A stretch of DNA of 64,000 bases, from positions 8,070,977 to 8,134,976 of the forward strand of contig JARFYF010000057.1 of the NCBI GenBank assembly GCA_030265395.1. The letters run 5' to 3'. Below the pieces are notes generated by a model that saw only the letters and a program-made list of their open reading frames with translations, searched no databases and was not told the origin of the DNA. This document shows, in pieces, positions 38,391 through 51,535 of this stretch. Source of the stretch: Rhina ancylostomus. Its lineage: Eukaryota. Each line of letters begins with the position of its first letter. The stretch's first letter is position 1. Made by a program: the position numbers and the translations under genes.

Positions 38391-40589
38391 TTTTTAAAAA
38401 ATGTAACTCTTTTGTCTCTCTTTCCCAGAGTCCCATTTGTACAGTGTCTGTGAAGTAGCAAGGTGTTTCACAAAAGCAATATTCACTGAAAAGCTGACAT
38501 CCAGCAATATATGATATTTTAGCAGGCAACCCAAAAGCTTAATCAGAGGTAAGTCTGAGAGAGCATTCTAATAGTGGATATAATGCTTAACAGGTTTAGG
38601 GAAGGAATTCCAGAGCTTTAAGCCCTGTCAGCTGAAGACACAATAAAATGATGAAGGTACAGTTAAATTTTCAGAAGTACAGTTCAGCAGTGCCTCATGT
38701 TCAGAGAGTGGAATGCGAAAGGTCAGCTCGGAGTCTAGCAGTAGTAAATAGATGTAATGGAAATCTTTTTAACAGCCTGAATCTATGGCCCAAAATTTAA
38801 CTATGTCAAAAACGACACCCAAGTTCCAAACAGTATGGCACAGTTCTGGGCAGCTATCTGTGAGAGAGCTGGAAACAGTTGCTGGGCAATAGAGTACACG
38901 ATGGGGTCTGAAGACAGTGATCTATGTGATGTGATGTGAGTGTTTTGTTCATCCACCATTAGATGTTCTACATACAACTTAACAATTTAGATCTACTAGG
39001 GAGGCCAAGAGACATGTTGAAAAGCTGGGAGTCATCAACGTACAACTGAAAACTGACACCATTGTCAGCGTTGTAGAGGTACAGCATGGAAACAGACCCT
39101 TTGGCCCAACAAATCCACAGTAACCATCAACCACCCACCACCCTTGCTAATCCGACATGAATCCCTTTTTTTTATTCTCCCCACATTCTGATGCTAACGA
39201 GGGCCAGTGTGCAAATGTAAAATGGGAGAGGGATCAACAGCAAACTCTGGTAGGAATCGGGCGTGGGAGCCTTGTCAGATTTTTCCTTCATCCCACGGCT
39301 GTGGCCCATATTGCAGTGTTTTCCAGCTGAGATCATTTGGCTCAGCACAGACCAGGGATTTAATCTTGAACCTCACTCAAATACACATTAGAAAAAAAAA
39401 TCTCAGTGCCATTGGCATCCTAGAGCTATTTTTATTGCGTGAATACAGTGTGGAAAGGTTTGATTCATGAGGACGTGAAAATGAGTTGAAACGTCTCTAA
39501 AACTGTAGCAGATATAGACTTTTTCAAGATCAATTTTCAGTTTGTAAGACAGTGCCCCTTAAAGGGCAATTGTATTATTACATTAAATATTACCTGAGCA
39601 ATCAAAGCCTTGAAACAAAGGGAGTCATTTTAACTTTGTGTCATCAGAGAAAACAAGTTTGTTTCACCCCCTGTTACACACCTTGTCCAATTTTCTTTTC
39701 AGTGGAAGTCAATTGCAAGTAAAATCTGGTAGCATTCATAACCGGTAGCAGATTTGTTATTGCTTATTTTATTCCTTCCCTCAAAGTTAAAATTATCCCA
39801 AAGATTCATACTGCATTTATTGCAATAAAGAGATTAGCATATTGTGCTGGAAAGCCCCTGGGTTGTGTGGGTGGTATATTGTAGATATAATACTTCTAAC
39901 CATATATCCTCTTTCATAATAAAAGTATTGTGCCTCTGTGAGATACTTTGAGGTGCATTAATTGTTGTTATGGAGGCAAACGTGCTGCTTGCCAGGATTA
40001 TTCCACAAATAACTTATTAATATGTTTCAGTCTGATTTTTGTTGAGAGGAATTTTAATTAAAACACAATCAAATCAAGATTGCAGTACCATGGCTTTTAT
40101 GTTACTGTGGTAATTATCTGGAGGCCTGGATGTGATCTGGAAATGGACCTTTTGCCATAACTTTCCAGTGGTCAGGCACTGACAAACCTATTGTGTTTTT
40201 TTTCAGTTATCTGGATTCATGCAAGCTCCCGGTAGTTTATTTTTGAATCTTGAAATAAAATGCTCATAATTTTGGATATCATTTCTTCAATTGTTCTTGA
40301 ATCTTTAAAATTTCAGTGCATTTGCATGTAGGCTAATTATTTACAAAATTGAATTCATTAGTGTATGAATGTTTTCTTATATATTGAAAGCCAGGTCCAG
40401 TACTGTATATTTCCAGTATTTACAAAGAGAAAACATTTTTCAATGGTAAGTGGCACAGAGAGACCTAAAGCAGGCAGGCATTTATCAAGTAGCCCTCTGT
40501 ATACATCAATTAAATACTTTGCCAATTATCATACCATACAAACTAGGAAGGGCCCATGTTGCATCCACAGTTGGTGGTGATTAGTGATC

Positions 40590-41895
40590 ATCAATAAGTC
40601 AGCATGGTTTCCTTCAGGGAAGATCCTGCCTGACCAACCTATTGGAATTTTTTGAGGTAATCTCAAGTAGGATGGGCAAGGGAGAGGCTGTGGATTTTGT
40701 GTATTTGGATTTTCAAAAGGCCTTTGACAAGGTGCCGCAGAAGAGGCTGCTTAATAAGTGCCCATGGAATTACAGGAAGGATATTAGAATGGGTGGAGCA
40801 TTGGCTGATAGGCAGAAAGCAAAGGGTGGGAATAAANNNNNNNNNNNNNNNNNNNNNNNNNNNNNNNNNNNNNNNNNNNNNNNNNNNNNNNNNNNNNNNN
40901 NNNNNNNNNNNNNNNNNNNNNNNNNNNNNNNNNNNNNNNNNNNNNNNNNNNNNNNNNNNNNNNNNNNNNNNNNNNNNNNNNNNNNNNNNNNNNNNNNNNN
41001 NNNNNNNNNNNNNNNNNNNNNNNNNNNNNNNNNNNNNNNNNNNNNNNNNNNNNNNNNNNNNNNNNNNNNNNNNNNNNNNNNNNNNNNNNNNNNNNNNNNN
41101 NNNNNNNNNNNNNNNNNNNNNNNNNNNNNNNNNNNNNNNNNNNNNNNNNNNNNNNNNNNNNNNNNNNNNNNNNNNNNNNNNNNNNNNNNNNNNNNNNNNN
41201 NNNNNNNNNNNNNNNNNNNNNNNNNNNNNNNNNNNNNNNNNNNNNNNNNNNNNNNNNNNNNNNNNNNNNNNNNNNNNNNNNNNNNNNNNNNNNNNNNNNN
41301 NNNNNNNNNNNNNNNNNNNNNNNNNNNNNNNNNNNNNNNNNNNNNNNNNNNNNNNNNNNNNNNNNNNNNNNNNNNNNNNNNNNNNNNNNNNNNNNNNNNN
41401 NNNNNNNNNNNNNNNNNNNNNNNNNNNNNNNNNNNNNNNNNNNNNNNNNNNNNNNNNNNNNNNNNNNNNNNNNNNNNNNNNNNNNNNNNNNNNNNNNNNN
41501 NNNNNNNNNNNNNNNNNNNNNNNNNNNNNNNNNNNNNNNNNNNNNNNNNNNNNNNNNNNNNNNNNNNNNNNNNNNNNNNNNNNNNNNNNNNNNNNNNNNN
41601 NNNNNNNNNNNNNNNNNNNNNNNNNNNNNNNNNNNNNNNNNNNNNNNNNNNNNNNNNNNNNNNNNNNNNNNNNNNNNNNNNNNNNNNNNNNNNNNNNNNN
41701 NNNNNNNNNNNNNNNNNNNNNNNGGGTGTTCAAGGAGGAGATTGATAGGTATCTAATTAGTCAGGGCATCAAGGGATATGGGGAAAAGGCTGGGAATTGG
41801 AGCTCGATGGGAGAATAGTTTAGCTCATGGTGAAGTGACGGAGCAGACTCAATGGGCCAAATGGTCTACTTCTGCTCCTTTGTCTTGTGGTCTTG
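40590..41895 (+). mobile_element. Relatively young CR1 LINE (RT to 3' tail), mostly within the gap at 40837-41723
   Basis: QHGFLQGRSCLTNLLEFFE...VDFVYLDFQKAFDKVP; after the gap, FKEEIDRYL...GIKGYGEKAG and the tail. Confidence 0.9.
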
Positions 41896-42119
41896 TAAAT
41901 AAGGCAGCAGTCAGGGTACTACAGTGCTCTGAACACTCCTACATTAAAAAGGGGAATTTCACTTCTGATTATTATCTGAGATATCCTGGTGTAGTATGTT
42001 TGGACAAGGGCAATGAGTAGAGACATCACTGGGCTATATTCTGATGGTCTGTCCCTACATATAACTACTGTAGGCCATCTACAACAAAGGTTATTATTGT
42101 GATTGTAAGTAGTTGCCAG

Positions 42120-42482
42120 CAGGTAGTGCACTTGCTTCTCAATCAGAAGATTCTTGGTCTAAATTCTGCTTCAAAGACTTCAAGCCGGAAAACCTTGAAT
42201 GTCCATTCTGTTGAAGGTGCCAAAGTCTAGGTGAGACATTAAGTTGAGATTATATAATTTCTCTCAGTGGATACAAAAAATTCCCATACTAATTTTGAAG
42301 AGAAAGCGTTCTCTTCAATGTCCTGACCAACATTTCCCCTTCATTCTGCATCACAAAAGTGATTAACTATCTTTATCAGTTGATCTTGGTTGCCACTGAC
42401 CCTGCATTAGAGTATTTTCTCAGTTGTAAAGTGCTTTGCCTATTCAGAGTTTGTGAAAGACACCATATATATGCAAGTATTT
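42120..42482 (+). mobile_element. Deu-domain SINE (SacSINE1/AmnSINE-like) with L2-type tail
   Basis: ggtgcc...gtgagacattaa...tcagtggatacaaaaaattcccat...tgtcctgaccaacattt core; tail tgtaaagtgcttt...gtgaaagacaccatatatatgcaag. Confidence 0.65.
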
Positions 42483-43943
42483 TCCACTTGCTTTAATGGA
42501 TTATTGTTAACCTGTGTTACTGTTTTGAATTCTTTGCTTTCTTAACATTTTCTCTTCCCAATTTCTCCCTAACTCTCCTTGAGGTCCTGATTTTTCACAT
42601 CAGCATGGACAATTGACACAGTAGACAATTGACACAGTGGACAATAACTTTTCATGTCTGTCTCTTGCAATGGCAGGCACTGTAATTATTAAGTTTTTCA
42701 ATTAATTTTCGTCAATGATAATTCATATGATCCTGTGTACAGTTTTGGGCTGCAAAGGATCAAAGCCCAATCTGTAACTATGATGACTTATGTTGTAATT
42801 ATAAGGTATCAACAATAGAGACATTTCACCAAGTTGGTGAAGACCTTTTGATCTGGTTCATCGATTGAATAGGTTTCAGATAATTATTGCTGCTATCTAA
42901 TGCCAAGCATATCATGGCGGTTTTTTAATGGGTTCAAAAAACAAANNNNNNNNNNNNNNNNNNNNNNNNNNNNNNNNNNNNNNNNNNNNNNNNNNNNNNN
43001 NNNNNNNNNNNNNNNNNNNNNNNNNNNNNNNNNNNNNNNNNNNNNNNNNNNNNNNNNNNNNNNNNNNNNNNNNNNNNNNNNNNNNNNNNNNNNNNNNNNN
43101 NNNNNNNNNNNNNNNNNNNNNNNNNNNNNNNNNNNNNNNNNNNNNNNNNNNNNNNNNNNNNNNNNNNNNNNNNNNNNNNNNNNNNNNNNNNNNNNNNNNN
43201 NNNNNNNNNNNNNNNNNNNNNNNNNNNNNNNNNNNNNNNNNNNNNNNNNNNNNNNNNNNNNNNNNNNNNNNNNNNNNNNNNNNNNNNNNNNNNNNNNNNN
43301 NNNNNNNNNNNNNNNNNNNNNNNNNNNNNNNNNNNNNNNNNNNNNNNNNNNNNNNNNNNNNNNNNNNNNNNNNNNNNNNNNNNNNNNNNNNNNNNNNNNN
43401 NNNNNNNNNNNNNNNNNNNNNNNNNNNNNNNNNNNNNNNNNNNNNNNNNNNNNNNNNNNNNNNNNNNNNNNNNNNNNNNNNNNNNNNNNNNNNNNNNNNN
43501 NNNNNNNNNNNNNNNNNNNNNNNNNNNNNNNNNNNNNNNNNNNNNNNNNNNNNNNNNNNNNNNNNNNNNNNNNNNNNNNNNNNNNNNNNNNNNNNNNNNN
43601 NNNNNNNNNNNNNNNNNNNNNNNNNNNNNNNNNNNNNNNNNNNNNNNNNNNNNNNNNNNNNNNNNNNNNNNNNNNNNNNNNNNNNNNNNNNNNNNNNNCA
43701 AGCATCTCATGGCGGTTTTGTAATGGGTTCAAAAAACAAATTGTATATCTCCAATTTGTGGACAAAAACATGGTGAGACAATGACTGTTATCTGCTTGGA
43801 TTTTAGTAGGGAAAAACAAAACAAAGCCATTCATGTAAAACAGATTTGCAGAAAATGTGCACAAAGTATTGCTCTGACATGATATGTGGTTGAAAGTAAA
43901 CGCAATATATTGATACATTGATCTGACTGAGATTACACAAATA

Positions 43944-44600
43944 CAGGCAGTCTCCGATTTAAGAACATCCATACTTACGAACTGACCTCCGTAAAGCCAA
44001 TTATTTAAAAAAATTCAAGTTATACACAATAGTTCGTACTAACGAACGGGCGGACTACTTTGCGCGACACTCAAAACACTGCGCATTTTAAGTGGTTCGT
44101 CAGCCCGTAATCATGGCTTCAAAGCATAAATCTCGTGCAAGTAATGATGATGCATCGAAGAAAAGGAAAACTATCACGATTGAAACGAAAGAAGAAATAG
44201 TAAAGTGTTCAGAGAGAGGTGAAACGCCAACAAACATTGGAAAAGTGTTAGGCTACAGTCAACGATCGGGACAATTATAAAGGACACGGGGAAAGTAATG
44301 GAGTATGTAAGAGGTTCTGTCCCANNNNNNNNNNNNNNNNNNNNNNNNNNNNNNNNNNNNNNNNNNNNNNNNNNNNNNNNNNNNNNNNNNNNNNNNNNNN
44401 NNNNNNNNNNNNNNNNNNNNNNNNAAGAAATGTTTCTTTAATGTTTTTATACCTATACACACACATTCTCTCTCTTAATTATAAACATTTGACTAATTGA
44501 CGCTAGATGTGAACTGTATGGAACTGTTTCAACTTGCATACAAAATCGGGTTACAAACAGACTCAGAAACGGAACTAGTTTGTAATCTGGGGACTGCCTG
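43944..44600 (+). mobile_element. Tigger/pogo-family non-autonomous DNA transposon
   Basis: TIRs CAGGCAGTC(T/C)CC at both ends, TA target duplications at 43942-43943 and 44601-44602, and a CENP-B/psq-type HTH remnant MASKHK...KKRKTITIETKEEIVKCSERGETPTNIGKVLGYS. Confidence 0.9.
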
Positions 44601-44602
44601 TA

Positions 44603-45660
44603 TAAGAATTGGGAACAGGAGAAGGCCACTTGGTATTTCAAACCTATTCTGTCGTTTAATAAGATTGTGGCTGATCTGATTGTAACCTCAACTCAGGAAT
44701 GCAGAGTTGAGGTTTATCCACGAGGTAATCTTTCGTCCCCTTGCTTATTGAGAATGCTTCTTGTCTTCTTCCACCCCCTTTTGAGGAAGCAGATAAGGAT
44801 AAACAAAGGGTGGGGGGGGGGGGCAGGTGGATCTAGGTGCAGGCCTCTATCTCATAAAATGTTGACAATTCCTTTCTCTCCACAGATGCTGCTTGACCTG
44901 CTAACTTCCTCCAGCAGTTTGTTTTTTGCTCCATATTCCAGCATCTGCAGTCTCATGTGTTTTTGCTTTCTAGTCTCATTATTTCCTCCTTACAATTTAC
45001 TTTGTTACCTACCTTGTGTTATCAACAAATTTACCGACCATATCTTTGGAGCCTTCATCCAAAACATAAATTATAAAGAGTCAAGGCCCCCAGCAACAAT
45101 CCCAGTGGCACACCACTAATTACATTTTGCAAACCAGAAAAAGACCCATTATTACTTAATCTCTGTTTTCCATTAGCCAGCAATCTTCTGACCACACCAG
45201 TATGTTACCTCCTCCAAGATTAGCCTTCCTTTCCTGCAGTAATCTTTGATGTGGCACCTTGTCAGATGCCTTCTAGAAATCCAGGTAATATACATCGATT
45301 GGTTATCCTTTATCTACAACACATGTTCCTTCTTCAAAGAACTCCAGTAAATTGGTCAGATATGATTTCCCTTTCACAACCATGCTGACTTTGCCCAATT
45401 ACCTTGTTATTATAATAGCTTCTAGCATTTTCCCAAATACAGATGTTAAGCTAACTGGTGTGTAGTTTTCTGTTTTCTGTCTGTTTCCCTTTTTGAATAA
45501 AGGAGTTATATTTACAATTTTCCAAACAAATGGAACCTTTCTTTGAACCTAGGGAATGTTGCAAAGTTAAAATCAAGCATCAACTAGCTCACCAGCCACT
45601 TCTAAGACACTAGAAAGAAGTCCATTAGGCACCAGAGACTTGTCAGCCCACATTTGGATC
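44603..45660 (-). mobile_element. Decayed CR1 (tail ~44603-44760, RT ~44990-45660) with a Penelope-like pLTR at ~44860-44960 (+)
   Basis: SGVPLGLLLGP and DVYYLDF*KASDKVP on the minus strand; cagatgctgcttgacctgct...ccagcatctgcagtc insert. Confidence 0.75.
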
Positions 45661-46969
45661 AGTATCGGAATGCTGCTTCCAAATAACTTGGAAGGCAGGA
45701 TATTGTCCCAGGATGTGACATCACCCCGTGTTAAATCATAGTAATCTCACATCTGTGTCAGGACATTATAGATTTAAGTAGGACAACAGAAGTTTGACCA
45801 CATAATCCAGACTGAAATTTAAATTCTTTGTTGAGAAAGTATAATAGCATAATGAGATGACAAACTCAGCCATGGTTTGCCTGCTTAACTTTATTTACCC
45901 TTGAATAAACGTACAATAACCTAAAGACTGCCTTAAAAACACTGCCTTCTGCCTTATGATTAGCATCAACAACTGTCCTGTCCTATCTTGTCCTTTCTCA
46001 TTGGGCCCTAACCTGGCCACACTCTTCTTAATCTGCTCAATGTTGTTTTGGATTCGGCAAATTATCAAAATGTTTTGCAATATAAATATGTTTTCTATCT
46101 TTACATAGGTAAGTTAATTTTGTTCAAAAGCCATTGATCTAAATAAGTATGCAAAGATCTACAATGTATGGAAATTCCAGGTCCATGTGTACAGATGTGT
46201 CTGATGGAATTTTACAGGCATGTGTAAAGTATCAAGATTAGGTAGGAGCAGATTAACTGTAGATTACATATTAAATGGAAATGCTTGTTAACAGAGCAAG
46301 GGCAAGATTGTGGGTTTGGTGGATGGGTAATTGAAACTGTCAATGCAGTGTGTGCAGGTGGTGGAGAAATGTAACTAGATGTTGGTTTGAATAACAGAGC
46401 AGGACTTTAGTCCAAGGAAATGATGTTTATGATGCGCCAACGTAAGATTTACCTGTTTCTGCTGTGACGCTGGAAAAATGTCAAATTATTAGTCATGGTC
46501 CAGAAGGCAATTTGTTGATTTCTGAATGGGAGGGGGAGAAAATTTCTGATAAGTAAGAATTGCCTGCCTTGGGGCTTTACTTTCTAGAGAATCGTGGTAG
46601 CCAAAGGACCTATTTCGATACTATAGGACTCTCCGTTGGAACAATGAGACCGAATATGAAAATGTGAAGCACCCACTGTCTGGTTATGTGATTTGTGTCT
46701 GGTATGAAAAGTTTGGATCCAGAAGAATATTTTAGTTGTATATATGGATTGATGAATAGAGACATGGTTTAACATTGCAAAGAAAGTCTTGTATTGATGG
46801 CCTTCAAACATTCCAAAGCACATAACAACCAATGACGTACTTTTGAAGTGCGGTTTTGTTATTAAGGATAAAGATAGAAAATAAAATCTTTAGGCAACAT
46901 TTTTAAAGAACTGGATTACATAACTATGGAACTAATTACTAGTGGAGGTGGTAGAACAGAAATATTTTA

Positions 46970-47795
46970 GTAGGGTTTGTGATGCTGCTTCACAACTCCA
47001 GCATCCTCAGTTTGATCCTCACTTCAGGTGCTGTCTGTGTGGAGTTTACACATTCACTCTGCGATCGTGTGGGTTTCCACTGGATGCTTTGATTTCCACC
47101 CACATCCCAAAGATGTGTTGGTAAGTTAATTGGCTGCTGCTACCTGTTAGGATAGGTTGAAGGTAAAAGAATCAAGGAATTTTTGTGTGTGAGATCAGAA
47201 GTTGCATGGGAAACAAGGAAATGGGAAGGGGGCAAATGGGATGGTGCCTCTGGAAGCTGACATGGCCCTAATGGGCCAAGTAGCCCCATTCTTTTTCATT
47301 ATTAATAAATTAGAAGGGTTCATAATTTTTAATTCTACGCAGTTTGGGCCACAGAGTAGTGCAGCTAGTAGAGCCACTGCCTCACTGTGCCAGAGATCTG
47401 GGTTGAATCGTGACCTGCACGTTTGTGTGGAGTTGCAGTCTCCATATGGGTTTCCTCAGAATGCTTCATTTTTCTCTCACATCCAAAAATATATTCAGAT
47501 TGGTCGTTTAACTGACCAGTGTATGTTGTTGTTCGTGTATAGGTGAGTAGAATGGGTGGGGGGGGGGGGAATGGATGAGCATGTGGGGCANNNNNNNNNN
47601 NNNNNNNNNNNNNNNNNNNNNNNNNNNNNNNNNNNNNNNNNNNNNNNNNNNNNNNNNNNNNNNNNNNNNNNNNNNNNNNNNNNNNNNNNNGGGAAAATAA
47701 ACAAAGAGTAAGCTTGATATAGGATTAGTTGAAGTGGGTGGTTGGTTAGTGTGGACCAAAGGGCCTGTTTCCATGCTGTATCTTTCTCTGACTCC
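46970..47795 (+). mobile_element. Two tandem V-SINE copies (~46970-47290 and ~47347-47795)
   Basis: tRNA-like heads and V-domain (tgtggagtttacacattc...cccacatcccaaagatgtg...ttaattggc); the second copy ends in a CR1-type tail. Confidence 0.75.
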
Positions 47796-48543
47796 GTATG
47801 TGCCCTATGACCTGCTGAAATTTTCTAGCATTTTGGGAGAATGTATAACTATTGTGAAAAGACGTGCAGAATTATTAATTCCAGAATTATAGTAAAGACA
47901 CAAACACTTGGTTTGGAATAATGTGTTTGGTGTCTTATCCCTGCTCAAATACTTGGACCTAGTCTCAATTTCTTGGACCTGATTCTCTTGAACCAGTGAG
48001 AATCCTTTTAAAATGAATGTGCACGTTTTGTAAAGATATGATTTAATTAAATATATTTTGAGGCGGATATCAATATTCTAAGAATAACAAGTTACCCACC
48101 AGTCACTGTCATTCCACAACACTTGTTTGCCTCTGTAGTTAGACATGAAAACTACAGACACTTTTTAAAGCAATGATTCATTTCCGAGTTTGTCCTGGCT
48201 GATGAGTTGANNNNNNNNNNNNNNNNNNNNNNNNNNNNNNNNNNNNNNNNNNNNNNNNNNNNNNNNNNNNNNNNNNNNNNNNNNNNNNNNNNNNNNNNNN
48301 NNNNNNNNNNNNNNNNNNNNNNNNNNNNNNNNNNNNNNNNNNNNNNNNNNNNNNNNNNNNNNNNNNNNNNNNNNNNNNNNNNNNNNNNNNNNNNNNNNNN
48401 NNNNNNNNNNNNNNNNNNNNNNNNNNNNNNNNNNNNNNNNNNNNNNNNNNNNNNNNNNNNNNNNNNNNNNNNNNNNNNNNNNNNNNNNNNNNNNNNNNNN
48501 NNNNNNNNNNNNNNNNNNNNNNNNNNNNNNNNNNNNNNNNNNN

Positions 48544-49110
48544 CGGCGGCGGGAAGCCGGAGGGGGGAAGAGGAGCAGAGCAGAACAGCGCGGCGCGGCC
48601 GGTCCAGCCAGCCAGCCACCCACAGCGGCTGTCACTGACCCCAGCGCGCCGCCCGGGGGAGGGGCGGGGGATGCTGCAGACCCCGACACCAGGACACCAG
48701 CAACAGGCGGCGGCAGCGAGAGAGGACCAAGGTGGGGGAGTGAGTGAGGTGGAGGGAAGGAGGGAAGGAGGGAGGGCCCGGGTGAGGCTCGCAGTCGGTG
48801 ACAAGGCCCCGGCCGAGCGGCTGGAGGGGGGACCGGCCCGGTGCTGACAAGGCAGCCGAACACCCACTGACAGGCCGGGGACTGCCAGCGGCTCACTGCC
48901 GGCTCCGGCCAAGAGGGGGATGCACAGATGCTCTTGGATCCACGGCAGCTTTTTAAAGAAATTAAACATTATTTTAAGGCGCTGACAGGAAGTTCACCTT
49001 GGTCCCAGTCACTTTCACCCAGCTGCTGAGCCGTAGAAAGGCGGGAGAGCCAGAGGCTCGGATTAAGTGGCGCCCCATTCAGAGTCGATCAGGAGCGATC
49101 ACTCGCTTAA
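48544..49110. promoter_or_regulatory. CpG island of CHAF1A, with E2F-type site GGCGGGAA (48548-48555) and GC box (48661-48670); the core promoter probably lies in the gap at 48211-48543
   Basis: High GC/CpG and motif matches. CHAF1A is an established S-phase E2F target in mammals. Confidence 0.8.
48671..48731 (+). CDS. CHAF1A: Probable CHAF1A coding exon 1 (MLQTPTPGHQQQAAAAREDQ + G)
   Basis: ATG inside the CpG island; 61 nt ending in phase 1 at CAAG/gtgggg, the phase exon 2 requires. Similar layout to the short, poorly conserved ML... first exon of human p150. Peptide similarity itself is weak. Confidence 0.7.
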
Positions 49111-50399
49111 AAGCATTAGCTTTTCTCAAAAAAATATCTTCACCTGTGTTTGAACGGCTAGTTAGTTTCTGGCTGAGGGTGCTGAAGCTTCTGAACGCTA
49201 TTGGGATTGCGATTTTTGAATTAGTATTGTTGACGTTTGTGGGATTTTGTAAACAAACTTCGTTTCCTTCTCTGTATTCGGACTTTCGTCCTCTCTCAAG
49301 GTTTCCCTCTTGTTTATACGGAATATTCTTTGTTTCCTTGGCTGTGTGCTTCGATAGAGCCAGTGCTGAATGAGTTTTCCGTAAAATCACGTGGAAATCT
49401 TCTGATTGCATTAAAAATGAAATTTAAAGTTTTCTAAGGCGCAGAGTTGATTCATTCAACTTGATTGTCAAAGTTATTCATGCTAAATCCGTATTGTATT
49501 ACCTGCTGCAGTTGGTTTCATACGTGCAGCGTTTCATTGGAAGAAACGTTTAACCCCTTGTAACTATTTATGCAGTGAGATCACACATGTTATATGTTGC
49601 TGATTGATAGATTCCATTACTTTAAATTTGGATTATACAAATTCTGACACTTTGATGTGAGTCATCATTGACTTTGAATGAATTTTAATTGTACTATAGT
49701 AGTTAAATTTCTATTGTGCATTTTTTTAAAGTGGAAGTACATGACAACTGCCTCTCTGACTCAATTGGTGTACTTAATGACTTAATTACAGAATAACGTT
49801 CTGTAGGTCATTTGTGATCCTGTTTGGCTGCCACTTTCATCCTAGTGGGTTACAAAGGTCATCTTGGCCTGCTCAAATTTTCTGCATGGAGATTGAGAAG
49901 TTTTTTTTCACCCCCTTCCTCTCAAGTCTTATTACATATAACTGCTCAATGCTTTCATTAAAGCTTTGTGATTTCCGTTTGGCATATGTTTTAAGGAAAA
50001 AATTGGAAGACAAAGTTCTTCCGGATTGCAACAGTTTCTTGAAAAGACTTTGCTAGGATCCTAACACTTGATATGGAATTCATTATTTTCCAAAATCATA
50101 AAATAATAGACATAGCAGGTGAAAGTTAAAATAGTGATATGTGTTCAACATTTTATTCTTCTTTACAAAATTGAAGAATAACTGCACAAGATTGCCCTTT
50201 GACTGTCCTGAAACTAAGTAAGAAGGCAAGGTGGGACACGGCAGTGTTGTCTTTATATTTTTAGAAAAAGGCCATGAGACTCTCAAGCGACCCCATTGAT
50301 CTAAAGTTGTCTCAGTGGCAAGAAGCAAAGGGTATTGATTGACAGCCATGCTCTATGAGCAGGCCTCAGTATGAAGTCTCTTTTTGCAATAATTACTTA

Positions 50400-51535
50400 G
50401 ACCTGAAAATAGGAGACATAATAAGTTTGCAGATAATATAAAATTTGCCTGTGTTGCCAGTTAGGAAAAAGCATTCAGTTTCATTGAAATACAGATGGTC
50501 AGTTGGGTAGGAAGATGGTTAAAGGAACTTAATCCAAACGAATAAGGTAATAGTTTTCAAGGGATGGAGCAAGGCAAGGAAATATTGGGGGATTTTAAAT
50601 AGTAGTGAGGAACAGAGGGGCCTTGAAATGTCTTAAGTTTTTAAAGGTAGTAACACAGGTCAAGCAAGTGATGTGTTCCTTTATTAGTAAAGGTATAGTG
50701 TATAAATGTAATTCTGTAAATGTATCTTAAATTTGTAATGACACAGAAGGAAGGCCATTCAGGTCCATACCAGCTCCCAAGGAAGAAATCCCATTTGTTT
50801 CATTCCCCTCTCTCCTCGTTTCCCTATACACCTGCAATTTAATCTCTCTCATGCCCATCAGCTTCCTTTGATCCTTTCAGCCATTAACCTATACCAGCTG
50901 GCTAATTTTACAGTAGCCAGTTAGCTTACCAGCACATCTTTGGGATGTGGGATGAAACCAAACACCTGGAGGAAACTAGCACAGCATGGAGAGAATGTGC
51001 AAACTCTACACAAACAGTACCAGCAGCAGTCAGGATCAAACCCAGGTCCAGAAGCTGTGAGGCAGCAGCACCATTTTGTGAGGCTATTGGGCTGCAACAT
51101 GGGTATTGTGTATGCTTCTGATCATTGTATGTGAGGAAAAAAGTGATTGCTGGGAAGAAAAATGTTGTTAGGATTGGAAGATTGCAGCTCTGAAGGAAGA
51201 TTGTGTAAGCTAGAGTTTTTTTCAGAATGGAGCAGGTGAGACTTAATTGGAGTGCATAAAATTGAGGGGTTCGATAAAGAGGAAGGGGGTGTTTTCATTA
51301 GCAAAAGGATAGAAAATTGTGGGACATTAGATTTAAAGTAATTAGAAGTATTGGAGTGGAGGAAAAATTCTTTCAACCTGAGGGTGGTCGGGGTCTAGAA
51401 CTTGCAGCCAGAAAGTGTGATGGAGGCAGAAATCTTTACGTTTAAGAATTACTTGGATATGTACTCCGAGCCATCACCTACAGGGGTACTTTGTTCGAGA
51501 AGGTGGGATTAGGTTGGTTAGCTCTTTTTCAATTA
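50400..51535. mobile_element. Decayed CR1 (+) split by a V-SINE (-, ~50740-51075)
   Basis: ISKFADNIK and EEQRGL segments before the SINE, CR1 C-terminus and tail after it; reverse V-domain in between. Confidence 0.7.
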
